A stretch of 64,000 nt of DNA from the human T2T-CHM13v2.0 reference genome, Homo sapiens: NCBI RefSeq assembly GCF_009914755.1, contig NC_060938.1; one strand, written 5' to 3'. A program made the translations under genes and the position numbers. The first letter of the stretch is position 1; each line of letters opens with the position of its first letter. Shown here piece after piece: positions 1 through 13,700 of the stretch. The notes beneath the pieces are model-generated. The model did not search any database. It was not told where the DNA came from and worked only from the letters and a program-made list of their open reading frames with translations.

Positions 1-928
1 ACATAATAATTTATGAAACAAATTAACAAACAGCAAAATCCTAAAGTGAAACTCTAATGCCATCCTATTAAAAACATGCAGAATACACAATGCTCATTCT
101 TGTAAATGTTGCTCAATACCGTTTGGCATGTTTGACAAATACAATTGCTGCCAGCATCTTCAAATGTTCTAAGGGCTTCTGTATGTGAAAATAATTTACT
201 ACTATTATCATTTAATTTAATGCTAAATGTATTATACTTATGAATTTAGGTAATAAAATCCATCTAAAACTTTAAACAATACTTTTATAATATAATGTAG
301 TAATTAAAAATTATATAAGCTTGTCCACCAACTTTTCCTAAATATTTTTAAGTTAGAAGACAGAGTTAAATTTCCAACTCTATTTAAATGCTTCAATTCT
401 TAAGTACAGACAGAACAGAGTATTTCGATATCAATTATAAAACTTACTATTATAAGGTACTTAACATACAACCAAAGTATTGATGCTATTTACTGACTGT
501 CTTCTTTATTAGTTTTATAGTGTTTGTGATCAGATGCCTAATTACTTGCAGGAAGCACACGTTCCACTCTGCTGCTTCATCCATGTTTTACAGGGGGCTA
601 CTCCCACATAGAGATGTTCACATTATTTATGGCTGCCTGTGGGTGAATTTGTCTCATTCTGTGGCTCAGTATCATGAAGCCCACTTGCCAATAGATTTAA
701 GCCATATTTTCAAATATTAGTCATATTTTGTTTTCCATGTGCTTGAACCTTTCTTGACCATTTTTTTTTTAATTTTTTTATTATTATACTTTAAGTTCTG
801 GGGTACATGTGCACAACTTGCAGGTTTGTTACATAGGTATACATGTGCCATGTTGGTTTGCTGCACCCTTCAACTCGTTATTTACATTAGGTATTTCTCC
901 TAATGCTATCACTCCCCCAACCCCCGAC

Positions 929-3900
929 TTTTCAATGGTCGCCATTCTAACTGGAGTGAGATGGTATCTCACTGTGGTTTTGATTTTCATTTCTCTAATG
1001 ACCGGTGATGATGAGCATTTTTTCATATGTCTGTTGGCTGCATAAATGTCTTTTTTGAGAAGTGTCTGTTCATATCCTTATCCCACTTATTGTTGGGGTT
1101 GTTTGTTCGTTTCTTGGAAATTTGTTTCTTTGTAGATTCTGGAGATGAGCCCTTTGTCAGATGGATAGATGGCAACAATTTTCTCCCATTCTGTAGGTTG
1201 CCTGCTCACTCTGATGATAGTTTGTTTTCCTGGGCAGAAGCTCTTTAGTTTAATTAGATCCCATTTGTCTATTTTGGCTTTTGTTGCCATTGCTTCGGTG
1301 TTTTAGTCATGAAGTCTTTGCCCATGCCTATGTCCTGAATGGTATTGCCTAGGTTTTCGTCTAGGGTTTTTATGATTTTAGGTCTTACATTTCAGTCTTT
1401 AATCCATCTCGAGTTAACTTTTGTATAAGGTCTAAGGAAGGAGTCCAGTTTCAGCTTTCTAGATATGACTAGCCAGTTTTCCCAGCACCATTTATTAAAT
1501 AGGGAATCCTTTCCCCATTGTTTGTTTTTGTCAGATTCGTCAAAGATCAGATGGTTTCAGATGTTTGGTGTTATTTCTGAGGCCTCTATTCTGTTCCATT
1601 GGTCTATATATCTATTTTAGTACCAGTACCAGGCTGTTTTGGTTACTGTAGCCTTGTAGTATAGTTTGAAGTCAGGTAGCGAGATGTCTCCAGCTTTGTT
1701 CTTTTTCTTAGGATTGTCTTGGCTATACGGGCTCTTTTTTGGTTCCATATGAAATATAAGGTAGTTTTTACCAGTTCTGTGAAGAAAGTCAGTGGTAGCT
1801 TGATGAGAATAGCATTGAATCTATAAATTACTTTGGGCAGCATGGCCATTTTCATGATATTGATTCTTCCTACCCATAAGCATGGAATGTTTTTCCATTT
1901 GTTTGTGCCCTCTCTTATGTCCTTCAGCAGTGGTTTGTAGTTCTCCTTGAAGAGGTCCTTCACATCCCTTGTAAGTTGTATTCTTAGGTATTTTATTCTC
2001 TATGTAGCAATTATGAATGGGAGTTCACTCATGATTTGGCTCTCTGTTTGTTATTGTTGTATAGCAATGCTTGTGATTTTTGCACATTGATTTTTGTATT
2101 CTGACACTTTGCTGAAGTTGCTTATCAGCTTAAGGAGATTTGGGAATGAGACAATGGGGTTTTCTAAATATACAAACATGTCACCTACAAACAGAGACAA
2201 TTTGACTTCCTCTTTATCCTAATTGAATATGCTTTATTTCTTTCTCTTGCCTGATTGCTCTGGCCAGAACTTCCAATACTATGTTGGATAGGAGTGGTGA
2301 GAGAGGACATCCTTTTCTTGTGCTGGTTTTCAAAGGAAATGCTTCCATTTTTTTTCCCATTCAGTATGATATTGGGTGTGGTTTTGTCATAAACAGCTCT
2401 AATTATTTTGAGATATGTTCCATCAATACCTAGTTTATTGAGAGTGTTTAGCATGAAGGGGTGTTGAATTTTGTCGAAGGCCTTTCCTGCATATTGAGAT
2501 AATCATGTTGTTTTTGTCGTTGGTTCTGTTTATGTGATGGATTATGTTTATTGATTTGTGTATGTTGAACCAGACTTGCATCCCAGAGATGAAGCCGATG
2601 TGGTCATGGTGGATAAGCTTTTTGATGTGCTGCTGGATTCAGTTTGTGAGTAGTTTATTGAGGATTTTTGCATCGATGTTCATCAGGGATATTTGCCTAA
2701 AATTCTCTTTTCTTTGTTGTGTCTCTGCCAGGCTTTGGTATCAGGATGAGGCTGGCCTCATAAGATGAGTTAGGGAGGATTCCCTCTTTTTTTCTGTTGC
2801 TTGGAATAGTTTCAGAAGGTATGGTACCAGCTCCACTTTGTACCTCTGGTAGAATTTGGCTGTGAATCCATGTGGTCCTGGACTGTTTTTGGTTGGTAGG
2901 CTATTAATTATTGTCTCAATTTTAGAACATATTATTGGTCTATTCGGAGACTCGACTTCTTCCTGGTTTAGTCATAGGAGGCTGTATGTGTCCAGCAATT
3001 TATCCATTTCTTCTAGATTTTCTAGTTTATTTGCCTAGAGGTGTTTATAGTATCCTATGATGGTAGTTGGTATTTCTGTGAGATAGGTGGTGATATCCCC
3101 TTTATCATTTTTTATTGCATCTATTTGATTCTTCTCTCTTTTCTTCTTTATTAGTCTTGCTATTTGTTGGTCTATTTTGTTGATCTTTTCAAAAAATCAG
3201 CTCCTGGATTCATTGACTTTTTGAAGGATTTCTTGTGTATCTATCTCTTCAGTTCTGCTCTGATCTTAGTTATTTCTTGTCTTCTGCTGGCTTTTGAATT
3301 TATTTGCTATTGCTTCTCTAGTTCTTTTAATTGTGATGTTAGGTTGTCGATTTTAGATCTTTTCTGCTTTCTCCTGTGGGCCTTTAGTGCTATAAATTTC
3401 CCTCTAAACATTGCTTTAGCTGTGTCCCAGAGATTCTGGTACATTGTGTCTTTGTTCTCATTGGTTTCAAAGAACTTATTTATTTCTGCCTTTACCCAGT
3501 CATCATTCAGGAGCAGATTGTACAGTTTCCATGTAGTTGTATGGTTTTGAGTGAGTTTCTTAACCCTGATTTCTAATTTGATTGCACTGTGGTCTGAGAC
3601 ACAGTTTGTTGTGATTTCTCTTCTTTTACATTTGCTGAGGAGTGTTTTACTTCCAATTATGTGGTCAGTTTTAGAGTAAGTGCAATATGTTGCTGAGATT
3701 AATGTATATTCTGTTGATTTGGGGTGGAGAGTTCTGTAGATGTCTATTAGGTCCACTTGGTCCAGAGCTGAGTTTAAGTCCTGGATATTCTTGTTAATTT
3801 TCTGTCTCATTGATCTAATATTGACAGTGGGGTGTTAAAGTCTCCCATTATTATTGTGTGGGAGTCTAAGTCTATTTGTAGGTCTCTAAGAACTTGCTTT

Positions 3901-4274
3901 ATGAATCTAGGTGCTCCTGTATTGGGTGCATACATATTTAGGGTAGTTAGCTCTTGTTGTTGAATTGATCCCTTTACCATTATGTAATGGCCTTCTTTGT
4001 CTCTTTTGATCTTTGTTTGTTTAAAGTCTGTTTTATCAGAGACTAGGATTGCAACCTCTGCTTTTTTTTTCTTTCCATTTGCTTGGTAAATCTTCCTCCA
4101 TCTTTTTATTTTGAGCCTATGTGTGTCTTTGCACGTGAGGTGGGTCTCCTGAATATAGCACACTGATGGGTCTTGACTCTTTATCCAATTTGCCAGTCTG
4201 TGTCTTTTAATTGGGACATTTATCCCATTTACATTTAAGGTTAATATTGTTATGTGTGAATTTGATCCTGTCAT
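929..4274 (-). pseudogene. Disrupted L1 ORF2 (endonuclease/reverse transcriptase)
   Basis: MTGSNSHITILTLNVNG...IQETH...MGDFNTPLS and SDHSAIKLE endonuclease motifs; RT-region peptides ([25 protein letters not shown]). Broken by stops and frameshifts; C-terminus lost in the deletion. Confidence 0.95.
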
Positions 4275-4337
4275 TATAATGCTAGCTGGTTATTTTGCCC
4301 ATTAGTTGATACAGTTTCTTCATAGCATCAATGGTCT

Positions 4338-5362
4338 TTACAATTTGGCATGTTTTTGCAGTGGCTGGTATCAGTTTTCCTTTCCATGTTTAGTGCTTCC
4401 TTCAGGAGCTCATGTAAGGCAGGCCTGGTGGTGACAAAATCTCTCAGCATTTACTTGTCTGTAAAGGATTTTATTTCTCCTTCACTTATGAAGCTTAGTT
4501 TGGCTGGATATGAAATTCTGGGTTGAAAATTCTTTTCTTTAAGAATGTTGAATATTGGCCCCCACTCTCTTCTGGCTTGTACAGTTTCTGCTGAGAGATC
4601 CACTGTTAGTCTGATGGGCTTCTCTTTGTGGGTAACCTGACCTTTCTTAGTGGCTGCCCTTAACATTTTTCCCTTCATTTCAACCTTGGTGAATCTGTCA
4701 ATTATGTGTCTTGGGGTTGCTCTTCTCAAGGAATATCTTTGTGGTGTTCTCTGTATTTCCTGAATTTGAATGTTGGCCTGCCTTGCTAGTTTGGGGAAGT
4801 TCTCCCGGAAAATATCCTGAAGAGTGTTTTCTTACTTGGTTCCATTCTCCCCATCGCTTTCAGGTACACCAATCAAACGTAGATTTGGTCTTTTCACATA
4901 GTCCCATATTTCTTGGAGGCTTTGTTGGTTTCTTTTCCCTCTTTTTTCTCTAATCTTGTCTTTTCTCTTTATTTCATTAATTTGATCTTTAATCACTGAT
5001 ATCTTTTCTTCTGCTTGATCAAATCAGCTACTGAAGCTTGTGCGTGTGTCCCGAAGTTCTCATGCTGTGTTTTGCAGCTCTATCAGGTCATTTATGTTAT
5101 TTTGTACACTGTTTATTCATGTTAGCCGTTCTTCTAACCTTTTTTCAAGGTTTTTAGCTGCCTTGCAATGGGTTAGAACATGCTCCTTTAGCTCAGAGAT
5201 GTTTGTTATTACCGATCTTCTGAAGCCTACTTCTGTCAACTCATCACACTCATTCTCCGTCCAGTTTTGTTCCCTTGCTGGCGAGGAGCTGCGATCCTTT
5301 GGAAGCAAAGAGGCGTTCTGGTTTTTGGAATTTTCAGCTTTTCTGTTCTGGTTTTTCTCCAT
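4338..5362 (-). pseudogene. Disrupted L1 ORF1
   Basis: Peptides MEKNQNRKAENSKNQNAS..., RRATPRHII...GPIFNILKEKNFQPRISYPAKLSF lie in separate ORFs; terminal TAA at 4338-4340. Confidence 0.93.
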
Positions 5363-6517
5363 CTTTATGGTTTTATCTACCTTTGGTCTTTGATGTTGGT
5401 GACGTACGGATGGAGTTTTGGTGTGGATGTCCTTTCTGTTGATGTTAATGCTATTCCTTTTTGTTTGTTAGTTTTCCTTCCAACAGTGAGGCCCCTCAGT
5501 TGCAGGTCTGTTGGAGTTTGCTGAAGATCCACTCCAGACCCTGTTTGCCTGTGTATCACCAATAGAGGCTGCAGAACAGCAAATATTGCTGCCCGATCCT
5601 TCCTCTGGAAGCTTCGTACCAGAGGGGCACCTGCCAGATGCCAGCCAGAGCTCTCCTGTGTGAGGTGTCTTTCAGCCCCTACTGGGAAGTGTTTCCCAGT
5701 CAGGCTACATGGGGGTAAGGGACCCACTTGAGGAGGCTGTCTGTCTGTTATCAGAGCTCGAACGCCATGCTGGGAGAACCACTGCTCTCTTCAGAGCTGT
5801 CAGGCAGGGACGTTTAATTCTGCAGAAGCTGTGCCCACAGGTGTCCCTTCTCCCAGGTGCTCCATCCAAGGGAGATGAGGGTTTTATCTATGAGTCCCCG
5901 ACTGGGGCTGCTGCATTTTGTTCAGATATGCCCACAGAGGTGGAATCTAGAGAGGCAGTCAGCCTTGCTGAGCTGCAGTGGGCTCCGCCCAGTTCAAGCT
6001 TCCCTGCAGTTTTGTTTACACTGTGAGCATAAAACCACCTACTCAAGCCTCAGCAATGGCAGACGCCCCTCCCCTCCACCATGCTCCAGCATCCCACGAT
6101 GATCTCAGACTGCTGCACTTGCAGTGAGAATTCCAAGACAATGGATCTTAGCTTGCTGGGCTCCGTGGGCATGGGACCCACTGAGCCAGGCACCGGAGGG
6201 AATCTCCTGGTCTGCTGATTGTGAAGATCATGGGAAAAGTGCAGTATTAGGGCAGGAGTGTACCTTTCCTCCCAGTACAGTCTCTCAAGTCTTCCCTTGG
6301 CTGGGAAAGGGAAATCCCCTGACCCCTTGCACTTCCCAGTTGAGACGATGCCCTGCCCCGCTTTGGCTCACCCTCCATGGGCTGCACCCACTGTCCAGCC
6401 AGTCTCAGTGAGATGAACCAGGTACCTCAGTTGGCAATGCAGAAATCACCCATCTTCTGCACCAAACTCACTGGGAGCTGAAGACTGGAGCTGTTCCTAT
6501 TCGGCCATCTTGGAAGC
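5363..6517 (-). promoter_or_regulatory. L1 5'UTR internal promoter region with YY1 site
   Basis: Locally GC-rich 5'UTR; YY1 core CAAGATGGCCG on the minus strand (cggccatcttg, 6502-6512). Confidence 0.75.
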
Positions 6518-7659
6518 TGTCTGACCATCTTTTAATTAGTTCACAACCTGAGATGTTGTAGATGTCATATTTATTGGATCCTTTATTAGAGACAGAAAGC
6601 ATATAGGCAAATCCAAACCAACGTGAAATGTAAATAACAACAGCAATAGTAATATCTAATTTTGAGGATTAGAAAAGATAGAATTAAAATACTTAAAAAA
6701 GTATGTAGTTTATGAAGGACTTTAAGTCGTTGGACTTAAAATGTTAAAATTGTACAATCTAAGTGTATTATTTGGGAGGGGATAATTTACTGCTTAAAAC
6801 TAGAGATCATTAAATTGGTATGTTAACATGTCAAGGTAAATACATAAAGAATAGAAGCAGAATGTTTAACTTCCAAACTAATGTAGATATTTTAAGAAGA
6901 CAAGAACAAAAAGGAAACTCAATCTTTCTAAAAGAATGTAGGAAATAAGAAAAAAAAGAAGCATAAAAAAAGTGAAACAAATAATCTGATAGGAGTTAAT
7001 CCAAGCAAATAGGTCATCAAGGTAAATGTAAAATTTTTTCAGGTAAAAGACAAAATTTTCAGACTGAGTAAAAGTCTTACAAAATCTAGGTTTATGCCCT
7101 TTAAGAACAAATAAAGATTGCAAATTTACAAGACAGATATGCCAGACAAATACTATTCACAAAAAGCTGTTTGTTCATTTTAATCTCAGATAAAATAGAC
7201 TTTAGGACCAAAAAATGTATTATTGGAAATAAATAGAATCATTACATATTGATAAGCTATTCATTCACCAGGACGATTCAGCAAGTCTAAAATTGTATAT
7301 AATGGGTGTCTTTAAAATATATAAATTTGATTAAATTATAAGAAAACAATAAGTCCATATTACATTGAAAGATTATAATTCTCTCATTTATTTATGAATA
7401 GAGCAGCCCCAAATCAGTAAGAGTGGAAATTATTTTAATTATAAAATCAAGAGGGTTGAACAGGGGAATTGTGTCTCATGCAACCTTAATGACAAGGCTC
7501 AAGTGGGAATGACAACCCAGCTCTCTAAGCCATACATGCTATTGTTGGAAGGACTACCTCTCTTTTATTGATCTACTGTGCTATATATGCTGGGGTTTTG
7601 TTGTTTTCTTTTCTTGTTTTTGTAACTGGCATTTATCCCCACTTCTCTTTGTGCTTCTG

Positions 7660-8060
7660 TTGGTTTTCAGAGAAAGTTAGTGTGGCAAGCATATTTCCTA
7701 AAATTCCTTGCTCTAAGATTTCCAGATTAGATTCTGCCATGAGAAGTAGCCCTCTGACATTTTGAAAAGAGGAGTAGCACAGGAGTTTACTGCTCTGGAT
7801 ATAGTGATGGTGAGTGGGCTTTGGCAGACAAGAGAGGCATCTGAGCTTTCTGTGAATCACCCACCTCAGGGTTGCAGGAAGCTAAAATAATCGCGACATT
7901 TTCATTCATTTCTACAGTATTTTAATTTCCTAAACATTAGCAATAATTTTATTTGACCTTTAATCTGTCAGGCCTTCTAACTGTTTTGGTGGTGTGTAAT
8001 TCCCTATATTACATTTCCTCTTGCTCTAAATACCTAAAAACTACTAAAAGGAGCAATAAT
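7660..8060 (+). mobile_element. Old ERVL-type LTR fragment (LTR33/LTR16-like)
   Basis: catatttcctaaattccttgctctaagatttccagattagattctgcca and aattccctatattacatttcc resemble the LTR33 consensus as recalled; interrupts L1M. Confidence 0.4.
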
Positions 8061-8356
8061 TTTTTTCTAATGGAATCAACAAGAGTGTCTGCCTTAGTAA
8101 TTTGTCTTCACTAAAGTCCACATTTTATAATTTGCATGTATGTACATATAACTACAACTAATGATTTGATAATGTACATTTTTTCCAAGAACACATGAAT
8201 CATTTATGAAAACTGAACATGTATTAGTTCAGGAAGCAAGTTTCAAAAGTATAAAAAATATCATATACATCAGTTCTCTGACCACAATACAACTAGATTA
8301 GAAATTCATGATAAAATATTTGACAATATAACTACATATTTAAAACATCTTTCTAA

Positions 8357-8670
8357 GGCCAAGCACAATGGTGCAAGCCTGTAATTCTAGCACTTTGGGA
8401 GGCTGAGGCAGGTGGGTCACTTGAGGTCGGGAGTTCAAGACCAGCCTGACCAACATGATGAAATGCCATCTCTACTAAAAATACGAAAATTAGCTGGGTG
8501 TGGTGGCATATGCCTGTAATCCCAGCTACCTGGGTGGCTGAGGAAGAAGAATCACTTCAGCCCAGGAGGTGGAGGCTGCAGTGAGCCGAGACCGCACCAC
8601 TGTACTACAGCTTGGTCAATGGAGTGAGACTGTCTCGAAAAAAAACAACCAACAAAACAAACAAAAAAAC
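8357..8670 (+). mobile_element. Full-length Alu (old S/J type)
   Basis: ggccaagcac... dimer with B box gagttcaagacc, (CAAA)-like tail, TSD atctttctaa at 8347-8356 and 8675-8684. Confidence 0.96.
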
Positions 8671-8844
8671 CCCTATCTTTCTAAATAAATAATGGCTCCA
8701 AGAAAAACATAATGGAAATTAGAAAGCAGTAATCACTGTGAATAGAGTATATATCAAAATATGTTAAGATGAATCTGAAGTGTTACTGTATACATATTTA
8801 AATGGTAATAACGCTATATAAATAATTTTATACAAATAAGTTGA

Positions 8845-9332
8845 TGTGATAGACTAAAGCTTCCTTGATGTTTGTATCAAAATATCTATGTCTATTACTT
8901 TTAATCCTGGTAGGGATCTGTGATGATTTTATCAATAGAATATGGAGAGATAATGGGACGCTTGTTGCTGGACTCAGACTTTAGGAGACTGGCAGCTTCC
9001 ATTTCCTGTCCGTTGGAACACTTATGCTTGGAACCTATCCATCTTGCTTTATTGAATCCAAGCAGTTCCATGGAGATGCCCACATGGAGAATAACTGAAG
9101 CCTCAGTCCAACAGTAAGGCTCAGGTCCCAGCAGGGAGCTTACCAGCCATGTGAGTGAGCCATCTTGGAAGTGAGCCACTCGGCTTCAGTAGCCTCCCCT
9201 GCTAATGCCATGTAGAGCAGAAAAAAGCCTTTCAACTAAACCCTACCCAAATTGCAGATTAGTGAGCACAATAAATTATTATGTGATTTTAATCCACTAG
9301 GTTTTGGGGTGGTTTGTTACATAGCAGTTATG
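8845..9332 (+). mobile_element. MaLR solo LTR (MLT1G/H-like)
   Basis: gagactggcagcttccatttcctg, ccagccatgtgagtgagccatcttggaagtg, and 3' end ccactaggttttggggtggtttgttacatagca. Confidence 0.8.
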
Positions 9333-10029
9333 GAAGAGTAAAGAACTTGATGAAATTGATAATTCCATAGAAAAATATAATTTTCCAAAATGTACTCAAG
9401 ATACAGTAGAAAGCCAAAATAGTCTCTAATGCTATTAAATAAATCACACCAGAAGTTAAAATCTTTCATAAAGAACAAATGAAAATTGAGGTAGTTATAC
9501 AGATGCCTTTGCCTTTTACCAAATAGTAGACAGACCACTTCAATTTTATACAAACTCCTCTGAAGAATAGAAAAAGGGGAGATATGTTGCTGCTTATTTT
9601 ATTAGGCAGGTATTATTTGATTATTAACCAAATGTAGTATGAAAAAAATCATAGACCAATATCACTCATAGTCATATATATAATAGTTCTAAAGGAAATA
9701 TTTGCAAACCAACAAAGTGTATTAAAGTGCTAGTAAATCATGACCATGTTTTTTTTATCTCAGAAACAAAAAAATTGTTTAGAAAGGAAAATTTAGAAAT
9801 AGTCATCAAATTAATAAATTAATTACATACAAAATTAATTAAGGTGGAAAGTCACCTTGCTTGATCTGAAGCGAAAAAAACAAAAACAATACAAAACAAA
9901 AAATGCTGAAAATTACTCAACATCCATTTAAAACAAAACAAAAAATCACTCCAGAACACCAAGCAGAGAAGGATTTCCTTAACTTGATAAACTGTATCGA
10001 AGGTATCAAATAAGTTTTATTTATTTAAA

Positions 10030-10450
10030 TATAATTGGTTCATTTGGGATCAGACTGTATAGTTTTTCCAATTTTCCAAAACATTACCCTATTGTCCAAT
10101 ACTATTCATGAATAGTTTTTTTAATATAATTTATGAAGTTTCTATGATTTGCATATTTTTCTGGCACTCTCTAAACTTTTTTTGGTTAACCGCTTGTTTT
10201 AATATGTGTCAGGAATATACTTCCAACATTCCTTTTAATTTTTTTATAGAAATTTCCTTATGAACTTTAGAATTAGACTGCCTGACCCAACAAAACAAAA
10301 CAATCTTTATTTTTATTAGGATCACAATAACTATACTGACTAAACTGAGTAAAATGATACTTTTATGATATTGAGTCTTCATATAAAAGAATATGCCATC
10401 CTTTTTTGTTTATTTTAAAATATTCTTCATAAGCTATGTAGAGTTTTTCC
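10030..10450 (-). mobile_element. Ancient L1M ORF2 fragment
   Basis: tgaactttagaattag and tttatgatattgagtcttcat match antisense L1 ORF2. Confidence 0.55.
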
Positions 10451-10700
10451 ATGTCCCCTTTCTTGCCAAATTCTCTGTTATTATTCAGTCTACTTCCAGT
10501 TTTCTCTATCCACTCTACTTAGCCTGGCAGAGAAAATGTGTATGTATTCTCTGCAAATATACGCTAAGTAGAATAAGCAGAAATCAACATTTCTTTTTGT
10601 TGCACCAATCAATCAATACTCTCTCATTACAATATAAATCAATCAATTTTTATTATATTTACCTTTACATTTTTCCTTTTGAGTATCATTACAGATGGAT

Positions 10701-13700
10701 CTTTTTTATTTTTTATATACCTTAAGTTCTGGGATACATGTGCAGAATGTGCAGGTTTGTTACATAGGTATACACGTGCCATGGTGGTTTGCTGCACACA
10801 TCAACCCATCGTCTACATTAGGTATTTCTCCTAATGCTATTTCTCCCCTTGCCCCCCACCCCTCGACAAGCCCTGGTGTGTGATGTTCCCCATTCTGTGT
10901 CCATATGTTCTCATTGTTCAACTCCCACTCATGAGTGAGAACATGCGGTGTTTGGTTTTCTGTTCCTGTGTTAGTTTGCTGAGAATGATGGTTTCCATCT
11001 TCATCTATGTCCCTGCAAAGGACATGAACTCATTCCTTTTTATAGCTGCATAGTATTCCATGGTGTATATGTGCCACATTTTCTTTATCCAGTCTATCAT
11101 GGATGGGCATTTGGGTTGGTTCCAACTCTTTGCTATTGTGAACAGTGCCACAATAAACATATGTGTGCATGTGTATTTATAGTAGAATGATTTATAATCC
11201 TTTGGGTATATACCCAGTAATGTGATTGCTGGGTCAAATGGTATTTCTAGTTCTAGATCCTTGAGGAATCACCACACTGTTTTCCACAAAGGTTGAACTG
11301 ATTTACACTCCCACCAACAGTGTAAAAGAATTCCTATTTCTCCACATCCTCTCCAGCATCTGTTCTTTCCTGACTTTTTAATAATTGCCATTCTAACTGG
11401 CATGAGATGGTATCTCATTGTGGTTTTGATTTGCATTTCTCTAATGACCAGTGATGATGAACTTTTTTTCATACATTTTTTTGTCTGCATAAATGTCTTC
11501 TTTTGGGAACTGTCTGTTCATATCCTTCACCTACTTTTGAAGTAGGCGAGTTTTTTTCTTGTAAATTTGTTTAAGTTCCTTGTAGATTCTGGATATTAGC
11601 CCTTTGTCAGATGGATAGATTGCAAAAACTTTCTCTTATTCTGTAGGTTGCCTGTTCACTCTGATGATAGTATCTTTTGCTGTGCAGAAGCTCTTTAGTT
11701 TAATTCGATCCTATTTGTCAATTTTGGCTTTTGTTGCCATTGCTTTTAGTCTTTTATTCATGAAGTCTTTACCCATGCCTATGTCCTGAATGGTATTGCC
11801 TGGGATTTCTTCTAGGGTTTTTATGCTTTAAGTCTTACATTTAAATCTTTAATCCATCTTGAGTTAATTTTTGTTTAAGGTGTAAGGAAGGGGTCCAGTT
11901 TCAGTTTTCTGCATATGGCTAGCCAGTTTTCCCAACACCATTTGTTAAATAGGGAATCCTTTCCCCATTGCTTCTTTTTGTCAGGTTTGTCAAATGTCAG
12001 ATGGTTGTAGATGTTTGGTGTTATTTCTGAGGCCTCTGTTCTGTTCCATTGGTCTATATATCTGTTTTGGTACTGGTACCATGCTATTTTGGTTACTGCA
12101 GCCTCGTAGTGTAGTTTGAAGTCAGGTAGTATGATGCCTCCAGCTTTGTTCTTTTTGCTTAGGATTGTCTTGGCTATACGGGCTCTTTTTCACTTCCATA
12201 TGAAATTTAAAGTAGTTTTTTCTAATTCTGTGAAGAAAGTCAATGGTAGCTTGATGGGAATAGCATTAAATCTATAAATTACTTTGGGCAGTATGGTCAT
12301 TTTCATGATATTGATTCGTCCTATCCATGAGCATGGAATGTTTTTCCATTTATTTGTGTCTCCTCTTATTTCCTGCAGCAGTAGTTTGTAGTTCTCCTGG
12401 AAGAGGTCTTTCATATCCCTTGTAAGTTGTATTCCTAGGTATTTTATTCTCTTTGTAGCAATTGTGAATGGGAGTTCACTCATGATTTGGTTCTCTGTTT
12501 GTCTGTTATTGGTGTATAGGAATGTTTGTGATTTTTGCACATTGATTTTGTATCCTGAAACTTTGCTGAAGTTGCTTATCAGCTTAAGGAGTTTTTGGGC
12601 TCAGACAATGGGGTTTTCTAAATATACAATCATGTCATCTGCAAACAGAGATAATCTGACTTCCTTGCTTCCTATTTAAATACCTTTATTTGTTTCTCTT
12701 GCCTGATTGCACTGGCCAGAACTTCCAATGCTATGTTGAATAGGAGTGGTGAGAGAGGGCATCCTTGTCTTGTGCTGGTTTTTAAAGGGAATGCTTCCAG
12801 CTTTTGCACATTTGGTATGATATTGGCTGTGGGTTTGTCATAAATAGCACTTATTATTTTGAGATATGTTCTATCAATACCTAGTTTATTGAGAGTTTTT
12901 AGCATGAAGTGGTGTTGAATTTTGTCAAAGGCCTTCTCTGCATCTATTGAGACAATCAGGTGGTTTTTGTCATTGGTTGTGTTTATGTGATGGATTATGT
13001 TTATAGATTTGCATATGTTGAATGAGCCTTGCATTCCAGGGATGAAACCGACTTGATCGTGGTGGATAAACTTTTTGATGTGCTGCTGGATTCGGTTTGC
13101 CAGTGTTTTATTGAGGATTTTTGCATTGATGTTCATCAGGGATATCAGCCTGAAATTTTCTTTTTTTGTTGTGTCTCTGCCAGGCTTTGGTATCAGGATG
13201 ATGCTGGCCTCATAAAAGAGAGTTAGGTAGGAGTCCCTCTTTTTCTGTTGTTTGGAATAGTTTCAGAAAGCATGTTACAAGCTCCTCTTTGTACCTCTGG
13301 TAGAATTGGACTGTGAATCCATCTGGTCCTGAGCTTTTTTAAATTGGTATGCTATTAATTACTGCCTCAATTTCAGAACTTGTTATTGGTCTATTCAGAG
13401 ATTCGAATTCTTCCTGGTTTAGTCATGGGAGGGTGTATGTATGCAGGATGTTTTTTCTTCTAGATTTTCTAGTTTATTTGCATAGAGGTATTTATAGTAT
13501 CCTCTGATGGCAATTTGTATTTCTGTGGGATCAGTAGTGATATCCCCTCTATCATTTTTTATTGTGTCTATTTGATTCTTCTTGTTTTCTTTATTAGTAT
13601 GGCTAGCATCTATCTATTTTGTTAATCTTTTCAAAACCCAGCTCCTGGATTCATTGACTTTTTGAAGGATTTTTCATGTCTCTATCTCCTTCAGATCTGC

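Larger units (their letters stand above)
761..6517 (-). mobile_element. Near full-length primate LINE-1 (L1PA7-like, L1PA6-8 range), inactive, with a ~507-bp internal deletion near the 3' end
   Basis: Poly-T tail at 761 followed by the L1 3'UTR (ttattatactttaagttctggggtacatgtgc). Fragmented ORF2 and ORF1 peptides in the ORF track. L1 5' terminus ctgttcctattcggccatcttgg at 6491-6513. TSD tgaccat(t/c)tttt at 755-766 and 6522-6533, the latter followed by AA (TTTT/AA endonuclease site). Confidence 0.97.
6600..10000 (+). mobile_element. Ancient L1M ORF2 5' region, fragmented by an LTR, an Alu and an MLT1
   Basis: Degenerate ORF2 landmarks in the expected order: atctcagataaaatagacttt (7182), ttctctgaccacaat (8274), gatgaaattgataattcc (9349), ttccttaacttgataaa (9975). 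Confidence 0.75.

Noticed and set aside
521-642. Possible + strand exon / 66-aa ORF
   Set aside because: Competing AG at 511-512, weak GTGAAT donor and an unrecognisable peptide.
905-945. L1 deletion as a spliced L1 RNA
   Set aside because: In the L1 sense the removed segment can begin with GT but ends in CT, not AG; microhomology explains the junction better.
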